Shown here piece after piece: positions 1-11,422 of a stretch of 64,000 bases of DNA. Origin of the DNA: Pelomyxa schiedti (Eukaryota > Protista > Evosea); the NCBI GenBank assembly GCA_020536535.1, contig JAHLWZ010000866.1, forward strand, positions 1 to 64,000, in the 5' to 3' direction. The position numbers and the translations under genes are program-made. Each line of letters opens with the position of its first letter. Positions within the stretch are counted from its first letter, which is position 1. The notes beneath the pieces are model-generated. The model ran no database searches, was not told where the DNA came from, and saw only the letters and a program-made list of their open reading frames with translations.

Positions 1-592
1 TGCTCAGGCGATAAAGAATGCATCAGTAGTTGTACGTAGTAACTCAAGTTAAGAGCCGTCTCAAGAACCTCCTGTCCTAGGATAAAGAAGCAGCTGCCAA
101 GCTCAAATCCGGCTGCAAAAACGAAGCAATTGCGTTGAAGGAGGGATTGATAGCAACCCTTGCACCTCTTGAAGGGCAAGACCCCAGTGGCAATTCTATT
201 TTGCCATACTACAATCTAACAGCCCAAAAGAGTTCTAAAACGGGCGCGAGCCAAGCTGGAAGACATGAAGAGCTCCCACAAGTCACATGCCACATTGGCA
301 AAAGACCTTCACTACGACGCGGAATGCGAAGAAGAAGGTTATTTTTTCCCCCGCTCCTCATTTTGGTGCCACCCTCCGCACTCGCCACAGTCACCCTTTT
401 TCCCAATCCCATAAGTTGCTGACAAACACACAAAGATGATGACTTTGGATACGCCAGTGGGGCTGATTCTGATGAAGGAAGTACAGTGATGCAGAAGAGG
501 AAGCGGAAGAGCCCGCCGCCGTTGATGTTTGTGATTACGAAGAGGCTGTGGAAGTTGAGGAGCCGTCAGGAGTTTACGACGAAGATTCCTGA
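1..592 (+). CDS. 3' end of a hypothetical spliced gene with an acidic C-terminus (starts before the window)
   Basis: Exon-like frames DKEAAAKLKSGCKNEAIALKEGLIATLAPLE and PKRVLKRARAKLEDMKSSHK...ECEEE|DDDFGYA joined by introns. The stop is at 590-592 (acidic frame, needs a 1-nt shift) or at 719. Confidence 0.4.
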
Positions 593-761
593 ACAACTCA
601 AATCCCGAATTCATTCCATCCCTCCGGTCCCACCTCAGTTTGTCATTTTTGAGAGATTGACAGTGGTTAAACACCACGGCCTTACGTTTTTTCTCGTTAT
701 CTGTCAAGACGGAACTTAACATTAAAACAATAAAAACCCCTCCTCGACATCACAAGCAGAG

Positions 762-1975
762 ATGAGCAAGGCCACCGGAAATGCGACCGACATGTGCGTT
801 TGTCGTAGCGAGATGTAGTTGGGTGATTGGTTGTTGGCCGGTGCATGAACGAAAACACGCAACTTTTGTTACAGTTCGTTTTTTCAGGAGCCCTGAGGAA
901 TTGGAGGAAGAACACGTGCATAGAGTGTACGACGAGATAGCCGACCACTTCAGCCGCACAAGGTTTTTCACGTTCTTATCGTAAACAACAAATGCTAATC
1001 CTCGTGAATGGTTTTAGGTATAAACCGTGGCCCCGAGTGGAACAATTTATTGCAGAGTGCACAAGCACAAACCCTCACTGCATCATTGCGGATATTGGGT
1101 GTGGAAATGGGAAATACCTGGGTTTCTGCAATTCACTGTAAAACTTAACTTAATTCCCATACACAAACCTTACTCTACACATAATGCGCCTTATTAAAAC
1201 TTACCTTCCCTTGTTAGGTGTTTCATCTTCTGCTTATTGTATTGGATCTGACAGGTTTTCAACTTCCTGCGTTTAAATCATATTCATTTCCTAACAGATG
1301 TGCAAATTTGGTTGATATTTGTGGGCAGAAAGGATTTGAGTGTGTAGTTGGCGATAACCAAAGCATTCCTTTCCGTGATGGTTCTGTGGTACCGTTTTTT
1401 TTTCGACTTCCATATTGCATGCAAACGACAGATTAGGACGCCATTTTGTCAATTGCAGTCATACACCACTTTGCTTCTGATGAAAGAAGACTTTTAGCTT
1501 TGAAGGTATGTAACAACGCTTTCACATTTATTTGATCGTTATTAAGGAACTTGTGAGAATTTTAAGAGTTACTGGCAAGATTCTGATCTCAGTTTGGGCT
1601 CATGAACAGGTATGCGTTCACAATTCCAAGGATTGCCTCTAATTTATTGTTCAGCCTCAATTTAAAGAACTTCCCACTCAGGAGGCAATGATAACATGGA
1701 AGCTCACTGATAGTGCTCCCAAAAAAAAGGGTGCACTACCCAGAACCATCAAAGAATTCCAAAGGCACGCAAGCTCTCATTACTTTTTGCCACTTATAGC
1801 ACTAGATACTACCACCTGTTTAAGAGTGGAGAGCTGGCTTCCTTACTATCGCAGGTCCCGCAACTTCACGTAGATACGTGCGAATACGACCACGACAACT
1901 GGTACGCCATTGCAACCAAGGTAGCCAACACACTACCCCAAATTCCCCGTTCCTCATTCCCAACAGGTGTCCTGA
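762..1975 (+). CDS. TRM9: tRNA wobble-uridine methyltransferase (Trm9 / ALKBH8 methyltransferase domain), multi-exon
   Basis: Spliced peptide [31 protein letters not shown], SAM motif IADIGCGNGKYL, DAILSIAVIHHF, C-terminal RYYHLFKSGEL...YDHDNW. Confidence 0.9.
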
Positions 1976-2116
1976 TTCAGACCCCATTTTCCACACCTCC
2001 ACTTTGGTAATTACAACACCAGCGGAAGTGGTTTGTTTGCCTTTGTTTCTTTCTGTACAGCCCCAAAAAAAAAAAAAAATTAACAAGAAGAAACCTCAAA
2101 AAACGAAAAAAGTGGG

Positions 2117-3801
2117 ATGTGGTGCAGTGGGCCGGCCGTGGAGCACCAGGTCGCGAGTTCGAGCCCCAACACCACCAACGGCGGGCACAGCAACAGCCAC
2201 ACTAACAACACCAACAGCAGCACCACTGGGTCGAGAAGATCGTCCACTGGCCACCAGCACCAACACCAACACCAGCAGCAACAACAACAGCAGGCACGGG
2301 GGCCGTCGTCGTCGACCACACCCACACCCACACATGGGAGGGCGACGGCAGCCCCAGAAGGCGGAGGGGGGGTGCACGAGACGCCAACCAACGCAACGGC
2401 AACAGCAACAGCGTCGACGTCGGCAACGGCGGCGGCGGCGCCGTCCCTTTCTCCGTCGTCCTCGCCTACTTCCAAATCGACAGCGGCGGCTTCGGGTGGG
2501 AATGGGGGGAACGGGAATGGGAATGGCAATAATGGGACTAGCGGGCATGAGGAGGACGAGCTTGGGATATTGGAGAGGGTGCAGAATTGCCTAGAGTGCC
2601 CAATTTGTTTCGACTTGCTGAGGTTCTTTGTTTGACTAATTTGTTTCATTGATTGTTGTTGATTTTGCCCTTGTTTCTGTTGCTATTCAGAAGAGGGAGT
2701 ACTGATTTAAACACTAAGAAGTTGTGGTATTGTGATAGTAATGAGGTCAATACAGCAGTCTCCGTTTTACTGCATTATAAAAGTAAATAGAAAAGCTGAT
2801 GGAGGCACCAGAGGAATTAATCCGTACCTAAAGGGATCCAAATGAAACAAACTGCGGCCATTCTTTTTGTGAATATTGTATAAACAAGTGTCTGGAGACA
2901 TCCTTCTTGTAAGCTTTCAAGTACTAATGTATTACCGTATCATTGATAATGTTTACAGATGTCCTGTTTGTAAAAAGAGTGCAACACCAGTTCATCCAAG
3001 TTTTACTTTACGAAAGCTTGTTGATCTGTACAAAGAAATCAATCCAGATGCGGAGGTAGGGTTCTTTTTATTTCAAGTACTTTTTTTAATTAAAGTTTCT
3101 AGAATTCTGCTACGTCTCGTTCTTCTGTAGCATCACTGAAAGCAGCAGGAAACTCTGCCTACAACGCCAAAGAATATGCCAAAGCTATTGAACTGTATTC
3201 CGCTGCCATCGCGACTAAGAATTCCACTCCGACATCACCAGCGTACAGAGACCCAACGCTATGGTCCAACAGAGGACAGTGCTACATCAAACTCCGGCAG
3301 TACCAGCGAGCAATCGACGATTTGCGTCGCTGTCTTGAGCTTGATCCCACCTGTTGCAAGGCAATGGTGAGGCTCGCTCTCTGCCAAGAGGCACTGAACA
3401 TGAGGACCGATTGCGTGGAGACCCTGCGGCGGTGCCGGGTGTGTGATGTAGCCAGGGAATTCGCCGCCGAAGTCGACGCCTGCTGGGCCAGAGTCATTGG
3501 AGGCCTTGGGACAAGTGCCCCACTGCCTTCCAGCAACAATGAGCAGCCCAGGGACCAGTTTTGGCGAACGCCGCAAACACAAGCACCAGCACAGCCGCAG
3601 CCGCACAGCAGCAACCGCACATCACCACCACCTCCATCCCAGCACACACAAAGCTCACAACAGCCCGCAAGTAGCACAGCCACTGGCACATATGCCTACA
3701 CACACCCGCTGGGGCCCAATGAGACCAATGCACATAGTACATCCCCACAGAGGCACAGCAGAAGGAACAGAGAGGACGGCAAAGAATGCTGCCTTCAATG
3801 A
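2117..3801 (+). CDS. RING (C3HC4) + TPR protein with C-terminal CaaX (putative prenylated E3 ligase)
   Basis: Low-complexity N-terminus; CPICFDLLR|DPNETNCGHSFCEYC...CPVC; TPRs LKAAGNSAYNAKEYAKAIELYSAAI and LWSNRGQCYIKLRQYQRAIDDLRRCLELDP; ends KECCLQ*. Confidence 0.85.
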
Positions 3802-3966
3802 CAATAGCATTGTTCCGTAGTTCAAAAACACCTCATGTATAGAAACACAAATGTAGTGTGAAGTTGCAAGAATTTCCCCTGAAGGGTGTTTTTATTTTAC
3901 TTTTTTTTTATGGACAAGAACCTAGTGGGAGTGGAGGAAATAGACTGTACATTTTCACAATGTATT

Positions 3967-6900
3967 TTACTCCCCAATTGGTTTTGTTTGCCTGAGTGGA
4001 AGTTAGACAAAGGTTATTGCATGAAACATACTGATTGTGCAAGTACGTGAGGGCAGCATTTGCGGCCATTTTCTTGGCGATTTTCTTCTTGGATGATACC
4101 GCACTGCCCAGGGTTTTTCCGAGTATGATAACTTCACATTGGAATTCCTGTTCGCTGATTTGCGTGAAATGAAATGGCCTCGGAATTTCTGTTGGGTACA
4201 TTTGCTGGACTGTGCTGTAGAGTTCCCTGCGGAATCACAAGCATCAGAGTTGATTGAATGCATCATTAGATTTCCGTTATAAAATTGAGGGAATGGTGTG
4301 GGAATTACGTTACGGGATCCTCCACAACAGTATCAGAGGAGGGTGCTTTGATGTAATCAAACAGCAAAGGGAATATAACGGCCTGTGTTCTTGTGTACGA
4401 AAAGTTTGTATCAACAAACACCGCCCCAGCAATTGCTTCGAAAACGTCCGCACAAACACTAGCAGATGGCCTAAAAGATTTTAATCATTTTTTGACACCC
4501 AATATAAAAGAGGTCAACTGTACCTTTCGTTTTGTCGTATGAATTTATCAAATCCCCAATGCAAGCAGGCCTGTGACAAGGAAGTATTGCAGGCTCTTTT
4601 ACGTTGCAGAGATGAGAGAACAGAAGGCGGTTGATTGGGGTGGCATCTTTTATTGTTGTGAGTGGGTAATATGTGATTCCAATGGGAACAAACTGAAAGA
4701 GATGTTCAACAATTATCAAGTCGCACACAGCATCGCCCAGAAATTCGAGCAGCTGGTAGTTCTGGTCCAGATGAGAATTTATACTCTTTGGTGTGAGTGC
4801 CCTTCCCAACAGTGTCCAGCTTCTGAATTCGTAGTGCAAAATGACTTGAACTCTACGAAACTTAAAGGTATAAACACTGTGCATGCTGGGTACTAGAAGC
4901 GCTTACCTCATCAGAGACTGAAAGGGAAGTGTCAATGAGAATAAAATACTGGTTGATTTGTCTAAAGGGCAAACCCATTGCCCGCAAAAATTCGCATGAT
5001 ACTGGAAAGCTTAAGAGGTAGGATTGGAAGAAGAGAGATGGCATCTACCACTCAAGTCTTTGCAACACAAAAAGAGGGCACCACAACAACTTTCTAACAC
5101 ATCTGCAAAGAGCTTAGGAGATACCAGTCGAGTAGTATCTGCATATTCTCAGAGGAACCAAAACCAAACAGACCATTTTTGAACCTTTGGGAGGAAAGCC
5201 AGGTGGTACCCATTCTCTTACAGTTACTGGAGCAGTAAAAATATGGAATGGTAACACTGAAGAATGGCATAGTCCAGTAAGATTTGAGTTGCTCACTACA
5301 ACAGCACGCTCTTGTGATTTTTTGCCTTCACCTCCGGGTACTGTGCAATACACATGAATAGAGGATATGAGCTTTAGTACACAATCCCCAAGCTTCTCTA
5401 GCCTCTCGTAATTCGTGATATCACAAGCACTTGGGGCTGTGAGTGCAGAAAGCAGAAGGCTGCAGGGAACAACAGAGAGAGACGGGATCTGAACTTGAAG
5501 ATCTACAGTTGAGGCTATGCGCTGCCAGAAGTGGTGAGACTTGTTTTTGTTTGTTTGTTACCTCCAAAGCATAAATAATAGCGGGGAGCTTGAGGCATTG
5601 CTTCATGGCAAAAAAAGAAAGTGGATAAACTTCACAAGCCTCGGGTGCAAGAAGTACGGTTTGTGCGGGGCTCAAATCCTTTGACTGTTTTTCTGTATGA
5701 AAAAATGTGCACTCCAATAACTTCTGCTCTGGATCTAAAACTAATTTCCACTTCTCTGTATAGTATTCATAATAGGTTCGGTATTTACTCCCTGCATTTC
5801 CAAAGTCAACAAGCAGATTTTTGCTCGTATATTGCAGAGGGATGTAAAGTTGGGTATTGTAAGGAGTAAAAATAAGCTCCTCACCGAACCTAACCTCGAG
5901 GTGTGTGTGGGTAGGTGTAGGCATGTGTGGAAATTGTGACCTCTGTATGGTTGTGGTGATGTTGGTAACGGATCGCCAATCTATATTACACAATTCTGGT
6001 AATAAAGGTTCGCAAATAGGAAGGATTGAGTAAATCTTGGCGGTATTGTTGTCCCATTTGAAACTGGTCCCCAAATGAGGTAGCAATAAGCGAAATAAGT
6101 GCTCCTGGAAAAGCAACATGTTTTCATAAAATTGTGTGGGAATGATAATGCTCCCACATGATTGAACCTTGATATGAGCAACACTGGACTTCAGTCTAAC
6201 TGGAAACTCCACAGTACTTGTTCCAGGTGCAAAATTAGATGGTGTTACTATGACCCAAGATAACGGAACACCATCTACTATAATGCTGTGTGCAAACCCT
6301 TGATAACTTTCAGGGGTGTCTTGTTTCCAAGGGCCTTGAAAACAACTTGCTACCCTCAACTGAGGGCATTTCTCGAGGGTGACTCGTCTGCCACTGTTTA
6401 TAACTTCGGTTCTTGGTGCTTTATGCACCGTGCTGTAAGTGTTTACATCACATGCCAATCGTTTGTTGCTCTGTGGCAAGTCCTCCTTTGAAACACAAGT
6501 ATCACTGTTACGAGTACCGAATTGTGTTGAAGAGAAAGCAAGAGGTTCAGCACTAGTCAATTCAGACTGTGCATGATCAGTGTACGCTATTGGCAAAGAA
6601 GCCCTATGGTCATTGTTGCAGAGTAAGTGCGAGACTGGGCAGAACAGAGTGGCACATAAGGCATGAGATGAGTGAATCTCACCTCCTTGTACGGGTTGTA
6701 TTGTAGAACAGTATGAAGACCATAAACAGCAGAATGGTGACGGTGATACAGCTGCGTCAAAAGCAAAGGTATTGTCACTGTAACTCACTTCAGTTCCCAT
6801 GAGTACAAAGATGGTTTGGGCTTGTTCATTAAACAATTCCGCTGGTGCACAAGTGTCAAAGTAAAACACCACTTGAAATGCCTCAAGGTCACTCTTGAGA

Positions 6901-8388
6901 ATTGTATTTAATTCCTGCACACTGGAAACAATCGTGGTACAGTCTGTTAATTGTGGCAACAGTGTTCTTTGGTTGGGGTGATTTCTCACCAAGGTGCCAA
7001 GTGTATAGCACCGCGAAACTTGGACTACCTCATTAAGATTTTGTTGCACAAGAGAGGAAATTAATGCAGAAGATGTCAGTACCAAGATCAAACGGTATGG
7101 TAAAGCGCCTCGAGGGCAGCTACACATTCTGGTAATCGCCCCAGCTAATGACAACATTTTGGGACTCATATTCGAAAGAGAGAGAGTTTGGTTCAGAGAT
7201 GCCGATTGAAAGGATTCTGGTGATGCAGATATAGTTGAAAGATCTTGCAGGATCTTGTAAACAGAGAATGGCCCAAGTTCATGAAGTACACGCAACAGTG
7301 TGGCTTTGGTGACACTGGAGTGTTGTGGTAGGGGTATCTTTTCGAGTTGACTCACAAATTGCGGATGGTAAATTTGGGTATAAGGGATTATGAACTGGCA
7401 TGTGCATATGGAGGAATGCCTTGCTGGATGCTGAGGTTCCATTGAAGCCGTACAGTTTATTTTCTAGTCAAATGATGGAATGAGTCAACAAGAATCCAGG
7501 TGGTTGGCATTGCCCATCATACTTTAGCATGAAAAGCATTTGATTCAAAGTACAAAGTACAACAAGACATAGTGGTCAATCCCAAAACACGTGGAGCTTG
7601 GCTGGCGCCATTTGGAGAGGAATGCAGTAGGTTAAGAAAAACAGAAATTGGGTGCTTGTGTGCTGCCAGATGGAAATCATCGATGATAATGAGAACGACA
7701 TGAAGGAGGGAGAAGAAGTGTTTTTCCAAGGCATTCAGGAGGAATTCAACTGTACAGAGCTGTGAGAAAGGATTTAAAAAAAAAGAAAGGGGAAAAGACT
7801 GTGGCTATTACCACGAGATGGATTGATGAGCCAACTCTTTGCCACAACTCCCTGGTGTTACTGTGTGGACACCTATGGGATATTTTAGACGGAGAAAAAG
7901 GCCTTTGAACACAAGATATAAAAGTTACTTGAACAATGGGATACTTGTATAATCAGGAATCAGAGAACATTGTTCCATTAATTCCACTTTGGAAGAAAAC
8001 TATTTGAAATCTGTTGAGTGATACCCACTTACACTTTTCCTTCCCCCTCTCCCATAAGTTATAAGTTGGAGTTTTGCGTGCATACCAGGTACACAACCAA
8101 GGGAGCAGATTCAGATGCATAGCCGCCTCCTCCATCACAAAAAAGTGCCTCGTCGCGCCCGCCTGGTCTCGCATTGTATCCCATAAGTGCACAAGTGGCC
8201 CCTAGCGCAGACACCAGGGCCTTGGAGTGGCTGCACGCAAGGCCTTCCACCACCAAGTCACCGTGTTTGATGCCCTCAGCTATTTCTGTCTAGATCGCGG
8301 GGGTGAGTCTGACACGATATTGTGGGAGCGAAACCTGTGTCTCTATCGACACCCCATGTTGTCTCAGGGCTTTGAACGCCGCGTCCAT
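3967..8388 (-). CDS. Dicer-like ribonuclease: degenerate DExH helicase - PAZ - RNase IIIa - RNase IIIb - dsRBD
   Basis: RIIIa NYERLEKLGDCVLK...FADVLESCCGA; RIIIb NYQLLEFLGDAVCD...ADVFEAIAGAVFVD; PAZ-like TYYEYYTEKWKL...LLAPEAC; dsRBD FQCEVIILGKTLGSAVSSKKKIAKKMAANAAL; helicase motifs LIIIDDFH and PRVLGLT. 5' exons at 8388-8090 give QTEIAEGIKHGDLVVEGLACSHSKALVSAL. Confidence 0.92.
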
Positions 8389-8495
8389 CGTCCAGGTTCG
8401 ATCGCAGAAAAAAGATGGCGAAGATCTGCCAAGATTGAGAGTCTTTACAACAAACCACCGCGCCTTGTTGTCTAAATCTCAGTATCACGTCACTA

Positions 8496-10785
8496 ATGTC
8501 GTGTGGAGAAAGGAGGGCCCGGCTGCTTACACTCGAATCAACATCTCATAACAACACAACAACAGTGGAGAATGGAGATGCCGCACGTCGGTGGTTGGTG
8601 ACGGTGTCGCGAGTTGTGTGGGATCACATCGTCGAACCAGCGATCGTGTCTCCGTCCCACAATCGCGGGGTGCCACTCACCCGGCCGCAGTGCCATTGGC
8701 TCATGGGCCTCGCCGACGCCCTGTTCCCCCTGGTGCCGAGGGCCTGCCGGTTGCTCACGGGAGGCGGCGGGGGTTGTTGTGTGACTGTGTCCCTATTCGA
8801 CGACGAAGATTATGGGATGCCGAACACATCACGCTATTTTGGGCTCGTGTGTGCGGGGGCAGCAGGGAGCAAGAGGTGCATCGAATGGATTGTGAAGAAC
8901 AAATCGACGAGGAACAACAAGAAGGAATGCATCGCTGTGCTCAGGGGCCTGTGCTTGGGTGTGTGTCTGTATATGCATTTACTGCGTAAATTGAATGCAC
9001 ACCTTCGCGGTCTGATAACAACCCATAATTCGTAACGTCTTGGATTTAATTCCTTCAAAACGCTCACGAGAACAGGGGGACACCTTGACATGGCCAAGGA
9101 GCTGGTCGAGGGCGGAGACACGCCGTGGTGTGGCTGTGAACTCCTGAGATGGCCTGCAGGTGACCGCGACGTGATCGATGACTTGAGAGAGATCCGCTAC
9201 TCCGGCACTGTTTCGTGCAGCCTGCTGTACGACGCCTGCAAAGGAGGAAACCTGGAGGTTGTCAGGTGGGTGATGTCATCGTTCCGCGATGTGGGGACTG
9301 CGGCCTGGGAGTTCCCAATGCCGTTCCGTGCTGCTGTGAGGTGGGGCCGCCTCGACGTGGTCAAGTGGCTGAATTCATCCACCGGCTCTGTTCCGGCTTG
9401 CCTCGAAATGCTCAGATATAATGCCGATGACTGTTCTCTTGCCAATTTCGTTGCCAGCCAAAGCTTGGAAGTCGTGAAGTTTTGCACTGAGTTGTTCTGT
9501 GGATATGAGCCCAATGAAAACAGAGATGAAATACTTGAGAAGTTTATTGAGTACTGCCCAATTGGATGTGACGTTGATGAAGGCTGCCAGTGGATCAAAG
9601 ATAAATTTTCACTGACAAAAGAACATTGCCCCAGCCTCAGCTTAATCTCCAGTTTCAAAAATGCAAAGGGTTTCAAGTGGCTGATCAACACCTTTTCCCT
9701 GAAACCAATTCAGGAAGAGTTGCGTTGTGCATGCACTGACATTGCAGACCAAGAACTCACAGAGTGGTTGATCACAAACTTCAGTGACAGTGTTGGTCCA
9801 GTGGAAACCGACACACTCATTTCTGCATGTGGGAACAAAAAAGACAGTGTGTCAGTGCTCCAGGTCCTGATTTCCAATCTGAGAACACCACTGAAAGAAG
9901 AGGAAATGACACAGTGCCTTGTCGCGTCTCTTTCCCGCAGCAACACATCAATTGCAGAGTGGTTGGAAAAGAAGTTCCATGTTATGGATCATGTGAATTC
10001 AGTCCCCAGATTGACCGATGAAACGTTCACCAAGGTTTGCAGTTCTCCTAATGGTTCCGGTATTGGTGGAATTCAGTGGTTCATTTCGAATTGCGCAGTC
10101 ACAAATATCAGTGAAAGGACAGTGATTGATGCTATTCGTTTCTTTTCTACTGAGAAAAAGATACTGCCAATGCTGCTTTTGCTGAAGACTTTTGAAGTTT
10201 CAATTGTCTCTGATAATGACAAGGCTAATATGGTTCATATCATTGTATCACGTGGCAATCTTCCGCAAGCGAAGCAGATTGTATCTCGTGTCAGCTTCTC
10301 TTCTGAAAACGTTGCTCAGGGTTTGTCACAAGGAGGTCGAAAATCAGGAAAAGTTGTGAAGTGGTTCATTCAGCAGTTCCACCTGAACGAAAGTCAAGTC
10401 AAGAGGAATGACAACCGTTTGCTCTTCAAGTTGATTGACGGCAACAAGACCAGCTGTGCCGAGTGGTTAATCAGAAAATTCCACGTGACTTTGCCAGAGG
10501 CATGTCCCAATAGATTTTCTATGGACTAACAAAAAAATAAAGATTGGGGCCATGACCGACATGCACGGAATAGACGCATCAGTTTCACTGGTTTGCACGT
10601 GGAAGATGCTGCTTCGTGTGTTCCCCGAGATGACACTTTCGTTTGCCAAGCGGTACTTGTGGGAATATGCTACGGCCTTCCACCTGCACCTCAAAGCATC
10701 CAGGAAGATGCTGGGCCTCACTGATGCCGATCTGGTTGCCGAGGATGATTTCTCATACCTGTGGACGAACGCGTGGATCCCATAA
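8496..10785 (+). CDS. Ankyrin-repeat-like protein, copy 1 of a paralog pair (3 exons)
   Basis: ANK-like motifs LCLGGHLDMAKELV, ACKGGNLEVVRWV, AVRWGRLDVVKWL; introns 8959-9075 and about 10500-10542 (GC-AG); clear paralog at 44537-46867. Confidence 0.8.
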
Positions 10786-10999
10786 GCAAAGACATGGGAT
10801 TCATTGCCAATCTGACTGCCAAACCAAAAAACATAAAGAGCTTTGTTTTGCCGCAAGGAAAAATTTTTTGGTTTTTTTTACTTTGAACAAAATCGATTTG
10901 TTGTTGTTCAGCGAATCACAACTCCCTAAAAACCCACAATTTCGGTTTTCAACTGTTGAAAGGGCAAAACATCCCCAGCAGATTCACCAGAGTACAGAG

Positions 11000-11244
11000 G
11001 TTCTGGGAGCCCTTAGTGGCCACTGCGGACCGGGAACTGGAAACATACATCATCATTTAAGAAGACTTGAGGACAAATACAACGTGGACACGTAACTACA
11101 TCATTTAGGAGGACGAAGTCTCCAGTTCCTGTCGACCGGCCCTCAAGCGAGCAAGTCGCACCCGAGGACGAGTTCCCCCACAATTGGAACGTGGGGTAAT
11201 ACAGCCAAGGGCTGCAAGGGACAAAACTCCCAGAACATTTTTTG
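11000..11244. ncRNA. Candidate structured ncRNA (~237 nt multibranch fold) of unknown family; strand uncertain
   Basis: Perfect 10-bp closing stem 11000-11009/11227-11236; second stem 11010-14/11216-20; ~13-bp stem 11028-41/11121-33; hairpins 11141-67, 11176-96 and 11202-14; ATTTTTTG and a T-run immediately downstream on +. Confidence 0.55.
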
Positions 11245-11422
11245 TTTTTTTTTTTTGGTTTTTTTGAATACTTGCAGCTGAGGTTGTGAAGTGTTTGATT
11301 GGCTGTCGAGGTTTGTTTGTGGGTGTGGGAACAGAGATAGAGCCATGGGAGGGAGTTTGTGGAGCCATTTGAAGCTTCTCTCAGGCACGGTTGCATGGAA
11401 GAGGGAAAGAAAAGTTCCGCTT

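Noticed and set aside
2725-2756. SECIS-like TGA...GA hairpin
   Set aside because: The helix is too short, it is intronic, and the gene has no in-frame TGA.
8036-8475. Apparent ankyrin-like fragment or ORFs on the + strand
   Set aside because: Better explained as the antisense of Dicer's 5' exons, which splice cleanly into helicase motif I/Ia equivalents.
11000-11236. MITE interpretation of the 10-bp terminal inverted repeat
   Set aside because: No target-site duplication and extensive nested internal pairing; not fully excluded without a copy-number search.
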